Part shown: one piece after another, positions 39,978 through 51,699 of the stretch | Position numbering within the stretch: position 1 is the stretch's first letter | Layout of the letters: each line of letters begins with the position of its first letter | DNA from: Eutreptiella sp. 'Long Island Sound 2002' | Taxonomy: Eukaryota > Protista > Euglenida | DNA: 64,000 nt | Assembly (NCBI GenBank): GCA_964036045.1 | Contig: OZ038379.1 | Coordinates: 13,082,001-13,146,000, forward strand | Reading direction: 5' to 3' | Made by a program: the position numbers and the translations under genes | Notes under the pieces: generated by a model | What the model was told of the DNA's origin: nothing | What the model saw: only the letters and a program-made list of their open reading frames with translations | The model's database searches: none

Positions 39978-40904
39978 TCACTGGAACGGGTGCCACTTGC
40001 CTGCACTTTTGGGTCGCCACTGGACCTGCATGTTCGCCAGAGCCTGGGACTTCAGGGTCCAGTTGATCTGGACCATCACCGAGTAGAGCTCTTGATTGCT
40101 CATCAGCAGTGGTTCCCCATGGTTGTCCATAATCTCACAGTGCATCCTGGTGTCATGTGGTTGGTCCAGTCGGAGCCAGATCTGCTGGTTGCGGGCCCAG
40201 GCCATTGTAGTCAGCTCTGCCTCAACTGCTTGCAGTCCTTCGTTCGCAATGGCGTCCAGCTGACTCAGTGCTTGCACTTTGAAACGCTGGCGTTCTTGCT
40301 GTGGCTTGACCTTCTTTGGGGTTGGCTGGATGTGTGTGTATGGGCCATACCGCTGCTGTTGTGATCCCTTCTCCTGCTGTGCCTTTCCAGGCGGCATAAC
40401 GCCTGGGTGCCTGTCCGCGGCAGAACGCGGCGTTCAGCTGCTTGGAGTTCTCCTTTGCGTGCTGCCGCTCACTGCGACAAAACGCAGTTCATGTGATGCA
40501 AACTCTGCGTCAGAACACAGATTTTTCAGACATGCATTGCTGTGCTTGGAACCTCTGACAGCACCATTGTGCAGAGGCTACTGGCTCTGTCCTTATCGAC
40601 CCTGTCCCGGGTTCCTGCGTTTCCTGAGCCTCCGCTTCTTGCGCTGCCGCCTGGTGTCACTCACATCAGTGCTGAAGGACAGTGTGTCCGCTGCTGACAG
40701 TGCACTTGACAGCACTCCCTGGTGTGTGTGTCCTGTCCTCATTTCCTCACTGTTTGTACTGCCTGAGGAGTACGGTCCCATTTCACGTGGCGCTGGCTCC
40801 CCGGATGCTTCCCCTGTCAGTTCATCACTGTCCATGGGTACCATACCCAAGGATGACCAAAGTGCCCTGGTGCCCTCTGACTCTGATCCCGAGTCTCCCC
40901 TCAA
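39978..40904 (-). pseudogene. Putative further C-terminal extension of ORF2 (Ser-rich and basic linker plus about 140 aa of unknown domain)
   Basis: ORFs 40593-40904 and 39978-40397 share one frame, broken by TAA, TAG and TGA. One added base at about 40910 would join them to the RNase H frame. Confidence 0.5.
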
Positions 40905-40906
40905 AC

Positions 40907-41788
40907 CTACCTAGACTCTGACCCTGAAGATGAATTTGGTGCAACATGCTGTGACCATAGTGGGCTTGAACACATGCCTTCCATGGCCAATCCATTCGCC
41001 ACCTCATTTCCCTGTACGTTGACATGTGCTGGGACATGTTCCCACCTGACTTCTCTTCCCGGCGTCACCATTTCCTGGAGCAGCATTTCCCAGACTGGGA
41101 CATGGACTTGCAGTTTTCCACATGTGGTTGTCCATCCCTTTGACTTCCAATGTTGGGCCCTGCCAGTCGCTCCCAGCTGCAGGTACTGCGAGTCGGTGAG
41201 GATTGCCAGTTTTGGCACCCTGAATCCCTGTAAGGCTTCCACGGCTGCCCAAAGCTCTGCTCCGTTATTTGTTTGCCTGTGACGTGTTGGTACGTAGCCA
41301 CAGAAGCGCACCTCTGGTCCTTGGTCATCTTCCGCCGCGAACACGCCAAATCCCCCGGCCCTGCGCATGTACTTGTGGCTCAGTCGCTTCGACGATCCGT
41401 CAGTGTACACTATCCTGTAGCCCTTCTCCACCAGTTCTGCAATCAGATCTTGCACTCCTTGTAGCACTCCCGGGCCTGCCTGCCTCGGGCGCTTCGGACG
41501 TGATTCCGTTGCCCTTTGCCAACTATGGTTGTCGGCTGATTTCTCTTGGGCGAAGCACTCCGTGTGTGTTTGCCACCATGCATTCAGTCCCCCATGTACT
41601 TGCACTTCCCCTTGTCGCGGCTGCACTCCGGTGTCTCGAAGTTGTTCCAGTGATTTTTGAAAGCCTTTCCATTGTTCCCTGCGCTCCCCTGTGTAAAATC
41701 CCACCCACTCACATAGCTCCCTTAGCCATGTTGTTAGGTATGACGTGAACACTGGCGACGCTCCTGCCTTGCCTTCGCATCGATACCG
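40907..41788 (-). pseudogene. RNase H1-like domain, in frame with ORF2 beyond a single TAG
   Basis: YTDGS...QTNNGAELWAA...ILTDSQY...WEHVPAHVNVQGNEVANGLA. Same frame as 41789-45325 (41788 minus 41752 = 36 nt). Confidence 0.92.
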
Positions 41789-44700
41789 CTAGTGGGCACT
41801 TCGTGCTGACCACATCGCCCAGCCTTGGTTCGTTTTCAGTAACCATTCTTGGTCGTCAGACTCCATCATATCTCGGACTGTGGATGTCCCGTTATCAGTT
41901 GTCACCTGACCATAGTAGTGCTGTACAACCGCCGCCGCCGCTTTGAACATGGGGCATTCGACCATCGCGTGTTTAACCGTCTCCTTTTGTGAGCACACCG
42001 GGCACTTGTCAGTGCCTGACCTCTTGTAGACTCTTGCATGTACGGTCAGTTTGTGCCACAGCGCCTTTCGCGCAAAGGCTTGAGCCCTCGGTGGTAGCTG
42101 TGCCTGTGCCAACTGTTCCCATACCTCCTGTGTTTGCGGGTCGCGGACCCCTGGCTGAGAGGCGTAGAACTGGAGCAGCCATGCCCTGGTCCAGTTTTGG
42201 GTATGGACTGCGGGGGTATCAAACCCCCCTTGTGACGGGACTTTGTTGAGGAGTCGTCCGCCATGATTGTAGACCCCTTTCCATGTCCGAGGCAGTGCAT
42301 TGAACAATCTTGCATCCTCCAAGGTTTGGAATTGACCCCACGTCAGCACCCCCTGCCGGATCAATTTCGTGTTGTAGTAGGAGCAGCGGAACTCATTTCG
42401 GAAATACACAGAGTGCCACAACGGCAGGCGGTCCCGGTTTGCCGGGGGGGCCACCTGCGGGGCCACTCGCTGAATGTTGGAGTGTGCCTTCGCCGACCAT
42501 CCCAGAAATGTGAGATCTGCCGTTCGGACCATGCCCAGTTGAATATATGGAAGGTTGTCCTTGGATGGTGTGAACCCTATGGCTGTTGCCCATGCATAGA
42601 AGGTCTCCACTGCCTTGTCCGGGAATTTGTGAGGCTCTCCCAACAGGCTGACGAATGGAGCCGCTGCCTGGTGCATAAGAAACAGTTCTGGTTCTGGCAG
42701 TGCCAGTCCCCCTTGCGCTCTTGGTCGTGAGAGGATTGGTAGGGTGATTCCCCAGCTGTTGGTACCCATAGTCACGTGGTACACCAACTTCAGTTGTCTG
42801 ATCACCGAGACTGGGGCGTAGTACGCCTTGGATACCCATGCCACGACCGGCAGAATCCATGATGTCAGCATGAATGCACGCTCGTTCATGGACAGTTGCA
42901 GCGTGGATACCACCCTAGCGCGACGGAAGGCCTCTTGCAGTGCTGGTGCGAAGGCCTGCTCTATCGTCAGCCCCCATCCTTGGTCGTCTTGTTGGTGCCG
43001 AATATTCCCCAAGCGTACACCCAGATACTTGACGAAGATTTTGACATCCACTCCAATGTCCCGAAAGCACCTCGCCCACTCCATTCCCCCACAGTTGCGA
43101 ACTATCGCTGCCGTTTTGTTCAGGTTGACCTTCAACCCCGAAAACTGTCCAAAACGTGAAACCACTTCCCATACCCTCTTCAACAGCTGTGGGCTGGCTC
43201 TTCCATCAAAGAAAATGATGAGGTCGTCTGCATACATCATGACAGTCAGTACTGGACCCGGGTCTTGTAGTGGGAAAATCACGAAGGATGCCACCAGGGA
43301 GAACAGTGCCGGGGAGAGTGGATCCCCCTGGCGTGTGCCTGCCCTCGGGGGGTGGTAAACACCTGGGACGTATCCTTTTCCAACGGAGTATGGATACGGT
43401 GCTCTCAAAAGGTGCAGAATCAGACGGATATACAAGAATGGTATGCACATCAGACCCAGCGCTGCCGACACCATCTCGTGAGACATCGTGGGGAAAGCAT
43501 TTCTGAAGTCTACTGATAACGCCGATCCCTCACTTAAGCCATCCCAGAGTGCCCGTGACCCATAGACATGCTGGAGTATGCTTCTGTGTGGAAGGAAACC
43601 TGTTTGCTGTGACGGAATGCAGTGGAGGAGTACATCCTCTAGCTGGATCAGGAGGATGTTGGTGAGCCACTTCTGCCTTGTAGTTTGCAGTGCAATTGGT
43701 CGGAGCGAATCTGGTGTCTGCATCGCCTTCGTCTTGGGGATCATTGTCACCACTCCCGAGGTCCATGTCTCCGGCATTTTGCCCACTTCGAGGAAGCGTT
43801 TCATTGATTCATACATTTGCGGTTCGAAGATGCCCGAGAACCTCTTGAAGAATTTTGCCGAGAAACCATCCAATCCAGGGGAACTGTTGCTGTTTAGCCT
43901 CTTAAGGCCTTCATGAACTATGTCCAGGGATAGTTGCTTGAAAAGGAGTCGACCTGCCTTGCGCAGCCGCTGTTCCACTCCTAACGACTTCAGATAGGCC
44001 ACACATTCGTCTTCACTGGATCCTGTCGGGGTGGACACTTTGTCCCAATGGCCCACCAGCTCTTTTGCCACCGCCTTTGCCCCCCGTATCGCTGAGCCTG
44101 TCCTGGATACCAGCTGTTGAAGTTTCTTTCGCTCCTGCAACTCCCGCATTAACCGATACAATTCGTTCCTTTGCGTTCTCGGATCTCCTGAAATTTCCCC
44201 GGTTGTGATCACCCCCTTGAGCTTGGACAGTGTTTCCATGCCCGTTCTGTCACGCTGAGCTTTTTCATACACCCCCACCAGGAGGGTGTAGGCTGCTGCC
44301 GCATCTGTTGCTGCAATCCCCAGTGATGATAGAAATTGGTAGACCGCTGGTGAGATAGAGTCTCTCGTGGAGCCACGCACGAACCGTAGGGCTTGTAGCT
44401 CTACGGACTGTTTTTTGTTTTTATGTTCCCTTTGGTGGCTGATCGCCTTCTTTTGGATGCAGTTCAGTGCTTCTTCCCACCATTGATCCCCTGTTGACTT
44501 GATAGACTTGAGAGAGGTCTCCAGATCTTCCGTTGCCTCCAGGTCTTGAAGGATGGTCTCTGGGCAGTAGAATCTGGGGATTGTGTCCTCTGTGTCGAAA
44601 GACTGGGGTGTGAATTCAGCCAGGATCGCTTTGTGGTCTGAGTTGGCAGCAAACATGGGGTACACGCTAGTCGCCAGGCTCAGCAATTCGGATGTTGTGT

Positions 44701-45437
44701 GGATGCGGTCAATACGGCGTAGCCTCTGCGGGTCAAGTCGCTCTCCTTCTCGGGGGTAGCCGTATGTGAAGCCTGTCGGACACGATGCTTCCTTGTCCTT
44801 GATGTCCGTCAGGGTTGGACAGTGAATATCCACCCAAACATCCTGCAGACCCGCTTTCGCCAAGGTCGTCACCTCCTGGTCTCTGGCACGTAAGGACGTG
44901 TCATGCTCAAACTCTGGGGGTGCGAAGGCGTCCCTGTGTTTTACAACTAAACTATTGTGATCAGCACATAAAATCAGGTTTGGTCCATGTAACTCCTTGG
45001 CGATGTCTTTCCATTGCGACTGTCGACGCGTGTGCTTGTGGTGGAAGTGGACCACAACTATGGTGATCTCCAGTGGACCACTCGACAGTGAGGCTTTCGG
45101 CGCCCTGGGAGACAAGAACTTCATTGATTGCAGTGTCCACTTGGATGTTTTCCACGCCAGTGCCACTCCTCCCCTTCCTTCTTCATGAAGTGGTCCGTCC
45201 AGGCCATACCCGTACTTTGACAAGCACTGCATGCCCGCTTGACGATCCTCCACCGTGACGAAGTGAGGCTCTTGGATGGCGAAGAAGTCCACCTCCAGGG
45301 ACCGCAGCAGTGACCCTAAGGCCACTATGCGCTTTTTGATTACGCTTTCTCATGGTTATTTTTGTTTGAAACCCATTGATATTTTGGGACAATACTCTGA
45401 GCGTGCTGCTCAGAGGGACACTGGATGCTGACGTCAT
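41789..45437 (-). pseudogene. LINE ORF2: APE endonuclease, reverse transcriptase and CCHC finger (one frameshift near 45350)
   Basis: APE motifs SQNING, AIQE, ADHN, RIDRI, SDH. RT motifs LRPIAL, VDFRNAF, RQGDPLSP, YADD (43223-43234), YLG. Finger CPVC...ETVKHAMVEC. Confidence 0.95.
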
Positions 45438-47032
45438 CGTGCTGCCCCATTGGACGACGAAGCCTCATCTTCCTTCAAGTCCCGCTTGCGTTTGAGGGAG
45501 CTGATGACCTTGTCGACTTGGTCATCCAACTCCATGGCCTTGGCCATTTCTCCCGCCGTGATTAGGCCTTGCCTGCGTGTCTTCGAGTCGTCTGTGTTTC
45601 TGGGCCGATCTGTGATTCGCCTTTTCCGCGCCTCGTAATCCGCCTCGGAAATCACAAACATCGGAGGCATCCCAGAATCTGACACGTAGACCTTTCCAAT
45701 CAGCTGTGTCACACTTTCCCCGGTCAACCGCCATGTGGCAGTGCGCATCTCCCCAACACTCCATCTGACGCGGTCCGCGATGTACCGGCAGTGCACTGAA
45801 GGAGCAAGGGCCTCAGTCAGGTCCGAGAGGTACCACCATGGTGCCACATCCAGAATGTACACTGTGCCCACAAGGTCCTTCTTCCATGTCGAGGGAACTG
45901 TGGGCTTGGAGATGATATCCCTATCGAGGAACTGTCCTGTCCTCAGGTCCTTAAAGACGGCCCCGATGGCACCCACCAGTTCACGGTACCTTGTCTTCAA
46001 CAGTGAGTGCCCAGTTTCTGTGAGACCCAGCAGCAGTTTGCTGGGCCCCAGCACGTGGATTTTCACTGGCGATTGAGCCTGCAGAACGCCCGGGATTGTC
46101 CAAAACATCGCGAGGACTGAGGCATACAGCATGGGGGACCATGTTTCCTTGTGCGTCTTCTTGATCCACACCTCATAGACAACAGCCATGTTGGTCAGGT
46201 TGGCACCACGATACCATTCCACTGGCTGGATCTGGAACCTTGGCTTGGATCCGAACTGTGATACCACAGTATTCACCTGTTCCTCATTCAACTCCGTGAA
46301 GAACAGCTTTGAGTTCCGTGGGTCTGCCCCCGGGAGGAGATGGACTTCATCAGAGTTCAGGCCAATAGACCCCAACAGCCCGTTGATTGGGTCATTGTGA
46401 ACCTGCACAGCGTATTGGTTATCCCGCACGTCTGGCTCGTGGAACACCACCTTGTCAACTTCTGCCCCAAGCGTCATAAGCCGCAGAAGCTTATACGTTG
46501 GGGACGGAGATAGGCTTCTGGAATCCCTTGTGCTGCTTGCAATCCAGACATCTAATCGATCATGTGTGCGCATGTGCATGAGGGACCTGTCCGCCATTTG
46601 CAGCTTTTCGCAACCGAAAGGCAAGTTCGAGTTGAGGGCGAGTGCCCGATTGAGGAATGATGGCCTGCCATCATCATCACTGACAGGTTCAAGCAGGATT
46701 GCAACAAGGCGGCCCAGCATGGGCAAATCAGCAAGCAGTCTCTTAATTGCATGTTGGACTTTGTCATATTCAGTCATTTCCCCAACGAGCACAACATTGG
46801 GGCGACTGCCGTAAAGGACGGCAGCGAGTTTTTCAGACGAGTCGCAGTCCTTGAAGAGGTCGTACGACAGGGAGGCAGCCTCTGGAACTCCACTCTTCAG
46901 CACCACTTCGTCCTGAATGATATAGTCGGCGTCATCGATGGCTGCCAAACACGCCAATTGACCGGCGTCGGCAGGAACGATGAGCTCGTCGCCTGGCGTG
47001 GCCAGACGGGCCTGGGTGTCCCGGACACTCAT
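45434..47032 (-). CDS. LINE ORF1 protein (about 530 aa); possible RRM-like region near the C-terminus, no CCHC knuckle seen
   Basis: A long open frame directly upstream of ORF2. An in-frame upstream ATG at 47098 is separated from it by one TGA. The stop overlaps the ORF2 start (ATGA). Confidence 0.85.
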   Translation of the reverse strand: MSVRDTQARLATPGDELIVPADAGQLACLAAIDDADYIIQDEVVLKSGVPEAASLSYDLFKDCDSSEKLAAVLYGSRPNVVLVGEMTEYDKVQHAIKRLLADLPMLGRLVAILLEPVSDDDGRPSFLNRALALNSNLPFGCEKLQMADRSLMHMRTHDRLDVWIASSTRDSRSLSPSPTYKLLRLMTLGAEVDKVVFHEPDVRDNQYAVQVHNDPINGLLGSIGLNSDEVHLLPGADPRNSKLFFTELNEEQVNTVVSQFGSKPRFQIQPVEWYRGANLTNMAVVYEVWIKKTHKETWSPMLYASVLAMFWTIPGVLQAQSPVKIHVLGPSKLLLGLTETGHSLLKTRYRELVGAIGAVFKDLRTGQFLDRDIISKPTVPSTWKKDLVGTVYILDVAPWWYLSDLTEALAPSVHCRYIADRVRWSVGEMRTATWRLTGESVTQLIGKVYVSDSGMPPMFVISEADYEARKRRITDRPRNTDDSKTRRQGLITAGEMAKAMELDDQVDKVISSLKRKRDLKEDEASSSNGAAR

Positions 47033-47112
47033 GCGGTCAGGGGACAAGGAGGTGGCGTCGGCGACAGTTTGTCAAGGCCCAGCGGCCCGGGCAAGCATGG
47101 ACAAAAAGACAC

Positions 47113-47139
47113 CGAGAAAAAAATAGACACTCAGAAAGC
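47113..47139 (-). other. Genomic copy of the euglenid spliced-leader exon
   Basis: Minus strand GCTTTCTGAGTGTCTATTTTTTTCTCG versus the Euglena SL exon as I recall it, ACTTTCTGAGTGTCTATTTTTTTTCG. It lies 14 nt upstream of the ATG at 47098. Confidence 0.9.
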
Positions 47140-47954
47140 ATAGGGGGGGCGGGGGTTACTGTGGTGTGGGGTCGGCTAGCTTCTCTCTCAAGGCTTGAAC
47201 GGCCTGGATTATCCGAAACTGGAAGAGGCCCAACTCAGCCCGTAGTTTGTGTCTTTATACATCGGAATCGAACGGGCAAATGGTCGGCCAGAACGCCCGA
47301 ATGCCCCTCTTGGGGTCATTTTGAGCCCCAAACAAAAACCCATGTTGTGCCCAAATCCGCGTTTTTTGCCACTTGGCACCCACAGGGGGTCTCAAGGCGG
47401 TAAAAGGCACGATCTGCTATGTGCACCACGCGTAGCGCATTAGAATTTTTTTAATTTTTCGTAACTGTCTTATAATGTAGGCCAAGTGCAAGGGGTTGTG
47501 GTGCCCTGCATGTGAAAATTTTGGGCAATAGCACTGTCGACAAAAGGGGCCTCAATGCAGTACTAACAGCAGAAGATTGTGTACCATACAATGGTTCCCT
47601 CTTCGGGAGGCAGGGGGGCGGGCTTGGCTAGACCTCATCATGCATCCATGTGTCTCGGTGTGTTGTGCAATTTCTACTCTGCCTTTTGTGCTCCTAGGAT
47701 AGCCCAAGGTGCCTTGGTGGCACAATGTGTGATGTTGCACTGACTAGCTGGGACACAGTTTGCTGAATTGAGCCTCCATCCTGGCCGTCGGGTGTTTTTA
47801 TACCCCATGTGTGATAAAATGTTCTGCGATTGATTTCTCTCTCGGTTGCTGTGCAGAAACCACCAATTTAGCCTCAATGCGCAACCACGGCAATAATAGC
47901 ACCCAAGAGAACACTCCCCTCGTGCTCTCGTCTCATCTCTCCTCCCTCTTCGAG

Positions 47955-48186
47955 ATGCCTTGTTGAAGGCAATAGAATCTGGTCCTCTTCAAATAGACTG
48001 TTCTGGCAAATGTCTCCATGGCATCGTCTAAGACTCCAGTCCCCAGGTATGACCGATGATGCAGCCCGAGCCATTGGGTACAAGTCTGAAATCCCATACC
48101 AACGACTCAGCATGATCTACAAAGATGATGACGGGTGGTATATGGTGCAAGTGGACCCCACTGAAGTGGACAAGTTCAGAGCCGAG
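47955..48186 (+). CDS. Probable isolated coding exon, unknown product
   Basis: A pyrimidine tract and AG precede it; the open frame reads ...GMTDDAARAIGYKSEIPYQRLSMIYKDDDGWYMVQVDPTEVDKFRAE; it ends at GAG|GTGTGT. Confidence 0.35.
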
Positions 48187-49269
48187 GTGTGTGTTCCCTG
48201 TTTTTGCTTGCTCACAAGTCCACGTGCCACGCAACAGGGATGCTTAGCATATCGCACCGCGGCATCATATTGTGATAGAATACCACCGCATTGGTGCACA
48301 CGGCACCGCAGGATTGTGTCCATTCTGTATGGGCTGGCGCAGTATGTTGTTTCCTTCTATCCCTGGGAGGCGGCTCTTTGTAATTCGATCTAGTGAGGCA
48401 TTCCGGAGCGAGGTAGCAAAATGAGATGCACTATTTCATAGTGGTAAGTTTTATCCACTATGGCGTGGTGTCTGATTGGGCCCGTATTCACCCCACGTTA
48501 CAAGCCGCAAAATTCAAGCCAACATAACAACTGCCTGATTGCAGTGCTGCACTAGCTGAATCCACTAAGGAGAAAATTGCTGCTCGCAATCATCTTTTTA
48601 GGCGTCAACCAGAAGGCAAGAGATGACTTTTCCAAATTGCCTCATCATGCTCATTCCAAAATCCCATTTTAATTTTTTCTCTGAATTTGGGGTCCAGGTT
48701 AGCTCTAGGCCATCTCGGTATGACTTTTGGGTCCAGCCGGTTGAGGCCCAAACTGTCCCCCCTCCCCACCCTGGAGTTAAACGGCCGCCCCTCCCCTGCT
48801 ACCTCCCAAGGACCAACATTGGTCAGCTCATCTGTAAGAATGATGCCCCTCCACATGGAGTGTCAGTTCCGCTGACTTGCTGCGGTTAGGAAGGCTGGGG
48901 ATCGGAACCAAAAGAGGGGAGGGGAGCCTTCAGGGGGCACCACAACATAAACCAATTGGCATATATGAAGAGCAGGGAGTGTGGCATCGTTACGTGTGTT
49001 GTGGCAAATGCTAGTTTGTGTGGATCAGGGCGCAGAAAAGCGGCACTCCTTCGGCCAAACCTTGAATGCTGTGGGTTGTGCAACGTGTATGTGTTTGTCA
49101 CTTATTGCCCTAATCAAGACTGAATATTGGGACCGAGCTGGTGGGGGAGGGAACATCAGCTATGACTGGTGAGGGACATCAAGAATGATTCACACATTGA
49201 TGGCTCTTGACAAAATGATTTCAGCTTGCACGTGAACCCCATCACCACAAGGCCCACTTTCAAGGCTTT

Positions 49270-50270
49270 TCGGAGTTGTGAGGGACCAAAATGCCCCCAA
49301 ATTGGGCTCAAAATGGGCCCATTTTACCTGTTTGTGCACCCCAAATGGTCTAGGATGAGATTTGGAAAAATGCGTTTTTGACCCATTTTTGACCCAATTT
49401 TAGACCCAAAACAGCCCATTTTCAAGGCATTTTGGCATTTTTGGAGGACCAAAATGAGCCACCACAACCTCAAAACAGTCCAAAAACACTTGTTTTAGCG
49501 TCGCACATGGTCTAGAATCATTTTTGAGAAAAGTCATCTTTTTGCCCCTATTGGACCCTGTTGACCCATTTGGGCACCCACCTGTTTGGGCTTGAGCTTG
49601 CAGCTAGCCGCAGCCTAGTGGGCCTAGGTATTGGGGTCTAGGTGTCCGTTTGGGCAAGTCTGAGGGGTGGAAACCACAAAAAGTGGGGGGTTGCATGTGG
49701 AGTAGGTGCCCTCGGAATCGCATTTTGAGCCATGTAGCCAAAGATATGGCCTATTCTTGGTTTGTGGCTTTCGGCATTTGGAGCTTCTGAGGGCCTTTTT
49801 GGGCCGTTTCCGGGACATATCATGGAGTTAGAGGGCCGCAAAGAGCTCGTTGACACGGGGAAGTCAAGCCGCACATGGAGTGTACCCATCGTTTCCCTTC
49901 GTTTGGCCGTTTTGAATGTGTTCCAGGGCTTTTTTTGGCCCAAAACTGGCTGTTTTTGGCCCTAAACTGTAGTTTTTGAAACTGCGGTCCGCCATTTGCG
50001 AATCCCCGTTCCCGGCCGCCACCGTTGAGTTTCTTGCTCCAACTTTGTGTGATTGTACTTCACACCCATAGGTATCATCCACCAAAATTTCAGCCGAATA
50101 TGAAGCACCACGACGGAGTTCTGATTTTTGCCCATTTCGCGCGTGCTGCTTGCTTGCTTGCTGCTTGCTTGCTGCTTGCTTGCTTGCTGCTAAACCTGGT
50201 AGGTCCACCCTAGACACTAAAAAGGGTTACAAAACCAAGACACGTTCCACCAGCTCGGTGACCCTAACCC
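49270..50270. repeat. Composite non-coding interspersed-repeat-like region ending in (GCTT)n and ccctaaccctaggg
   Basis: Reiterated tttttgaccca/ggaccaaaatg motifs, (cttg)n at about 50145-50190. There is no second copy in the window, so family status is inferred. Confidence 0.4.
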
Positions 50271-50448
50271 TAGGGCAAGAAAAAAATATGATCGCACAAT
50301 ATGATAGTAGCAGCAGCAATTCGAACCGCCGCAGATGTGTGAATCATTGTTGTGCCCCCACCCAAGGACAGTCTCGGGTAACGTGAAACCACATAGGTAC
50401 TGTGGGTGGTGGGATGGATAAGTGCAGGGCTCTCAAAAGCCGGAGTCA

Positions 50449-50715
50449 GAACGAAACGGAACAGAACAGAACAGAACAAACAGAACAGAACAGACAAGAA
50501 CAGAACAGAAAAGAAACAGAACAGAACAGAACACAACTAAACACAATAGAAAAGAACTCAACAGAACGAAACAAAAATAAACAGAACAGAACAGAACAGA
50601 ACAGAACAGAACTGATCAGATAAGAACAAAACCGAAACAAACCAGACCAAACCGAACCGAACAGAATAGAATAGAACAGAACTTAACAAAACAAAACAGA
50701 ACAGAACACAACAGA
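50449..50715. repeat. Degenerate (AGAAC)n microsatellite
   Basis: Pentanucleotide reiteration seen directly. Confidence 0.95.
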
Positions 50716-51196
50716 GGTCCATTTTTATGGACCACCTACCCCAAATGTGTCGCTTGGAGGTTGTTATGTTTCACATTGATCAACAATTTGCTGCAGCACA
50801 TGGCAACAGACAAGATGCACCACTCTTGCGAAAGCCAAAGTGAAGGAGGCGGTTGTTACCCAGGTTCGCATTGAAGATTGGACATATCATAACGGCCATG
50901 TGTGAATGTGCAACGATTTAATTTTGGTTCTGGAGTGCAGCTGACGACTGGGGGCAGCATGCATGTTGTCACGTTGTTGCTTCCTACGAAATACCATTTT
51001 TAGTTGTGATGTGTGGGGATTGCATGACGTACTAGGCATCCTCTTGAAGAGTGCACTTCCCAAACATTTGCACACTTGCCGTCAAGAATTGTACCCACTC
51101 AACTTAAACATGCCCTGGGAGCTGGGTCGGGCTTGGGATTGATTTGCGCGTTAAACAAGGTTAGTCTTGTGCTGGCTCCATTCACTCTTATTCAGG

Positions 51197-51660
51197 TTAA
51201 CAAGCAGCCTGATGCGAAAACGGCCGATTATCCTTGTCCACAATGTGGCGAACATGTCCGGAGCCGCTACTTGATATTTGTCCTTTATACTTAATGAAGC
51301 AGACCTTTGCAAGAACATTCTCAACTGGGTCAACTCTTGCCACCTTGCCCTTTGGAGGGTCGTCGAAATCCACCTCCAGCCCTACCACAGTCATTGTGTC
51401 GGACTTCGCCATCACTACCAAATGATTTGGTGCTTGTGCCCCCCAGTGCTCCAAATCGTTACGGTCGAACGGCTTCATAGGTGAGGAGAACATAAAGCTT
51501 GCGGTTCTACGCTGCAATGAAGTGATGCAACGAAATGGCCTTGTTTCAATTGCTGAAAAGCGAGCAATGCCTGATTGCGACGAGACAATACTTTCGGGGA
51601 TTTGGCATCATCCTCCTGATCATCTTCTTTGCGTTCGCGCTTCCTTGTTTGTGTTGGTTG
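51197..51660 (-). pseudogene. Frameshifted protein-like fragment, unassigned
   Basis: RKRERKEDDQEDDAKSPKVLSRRNQALLAFQQLKQG... shifts frame into ...DLEHWGAQAPNHLVVMAKSDTMTVVGLEVDFDDPPKGKVARVDPVENVLAKVCFIKY. Confidence 0.3.
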
Positions 51661-51699
51661 TGGCGCATGCTGCCAACAATGCACCTCATTTTTCACCCA

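Larger units (their letters stand above)
39978..47141 (-). mobile_element. Near full-length APE-type non-LTR retrotransposon with C-terminal RNase H; 5' end is a spliced-leader sequence
   Basis: The order is SL, ORF1, APE, RT, CCHC, RNase H, tail. It has a few stops and frameshifts. The 3' boundary and a TSD were not identified. Confidence 0.92.

Noticed and set aside
41989-46814. Plus-strand ORFs antisense to the LINE
   Set aside because: Shadow ORFs of a GC-rich coding strand.
39600-47160. TSD for the large LINE (aggggggttcgggtt versus agggggggcgggggtt)
   Set aside because: Only low-complexity G-rich similarity with several mismatches.
48605-48856. Protein-like minus-strand frame (LDPKVIPRWPRANLDPKF...EHDEAIWKSHLL)
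   Set aside because: Probably a TE fragment, but no motif I can name.
50255-50275. Telomeric seed ccctaaccctaggg
   Set aside because: Fewer than two full repeats; not an interstitial telomere array.
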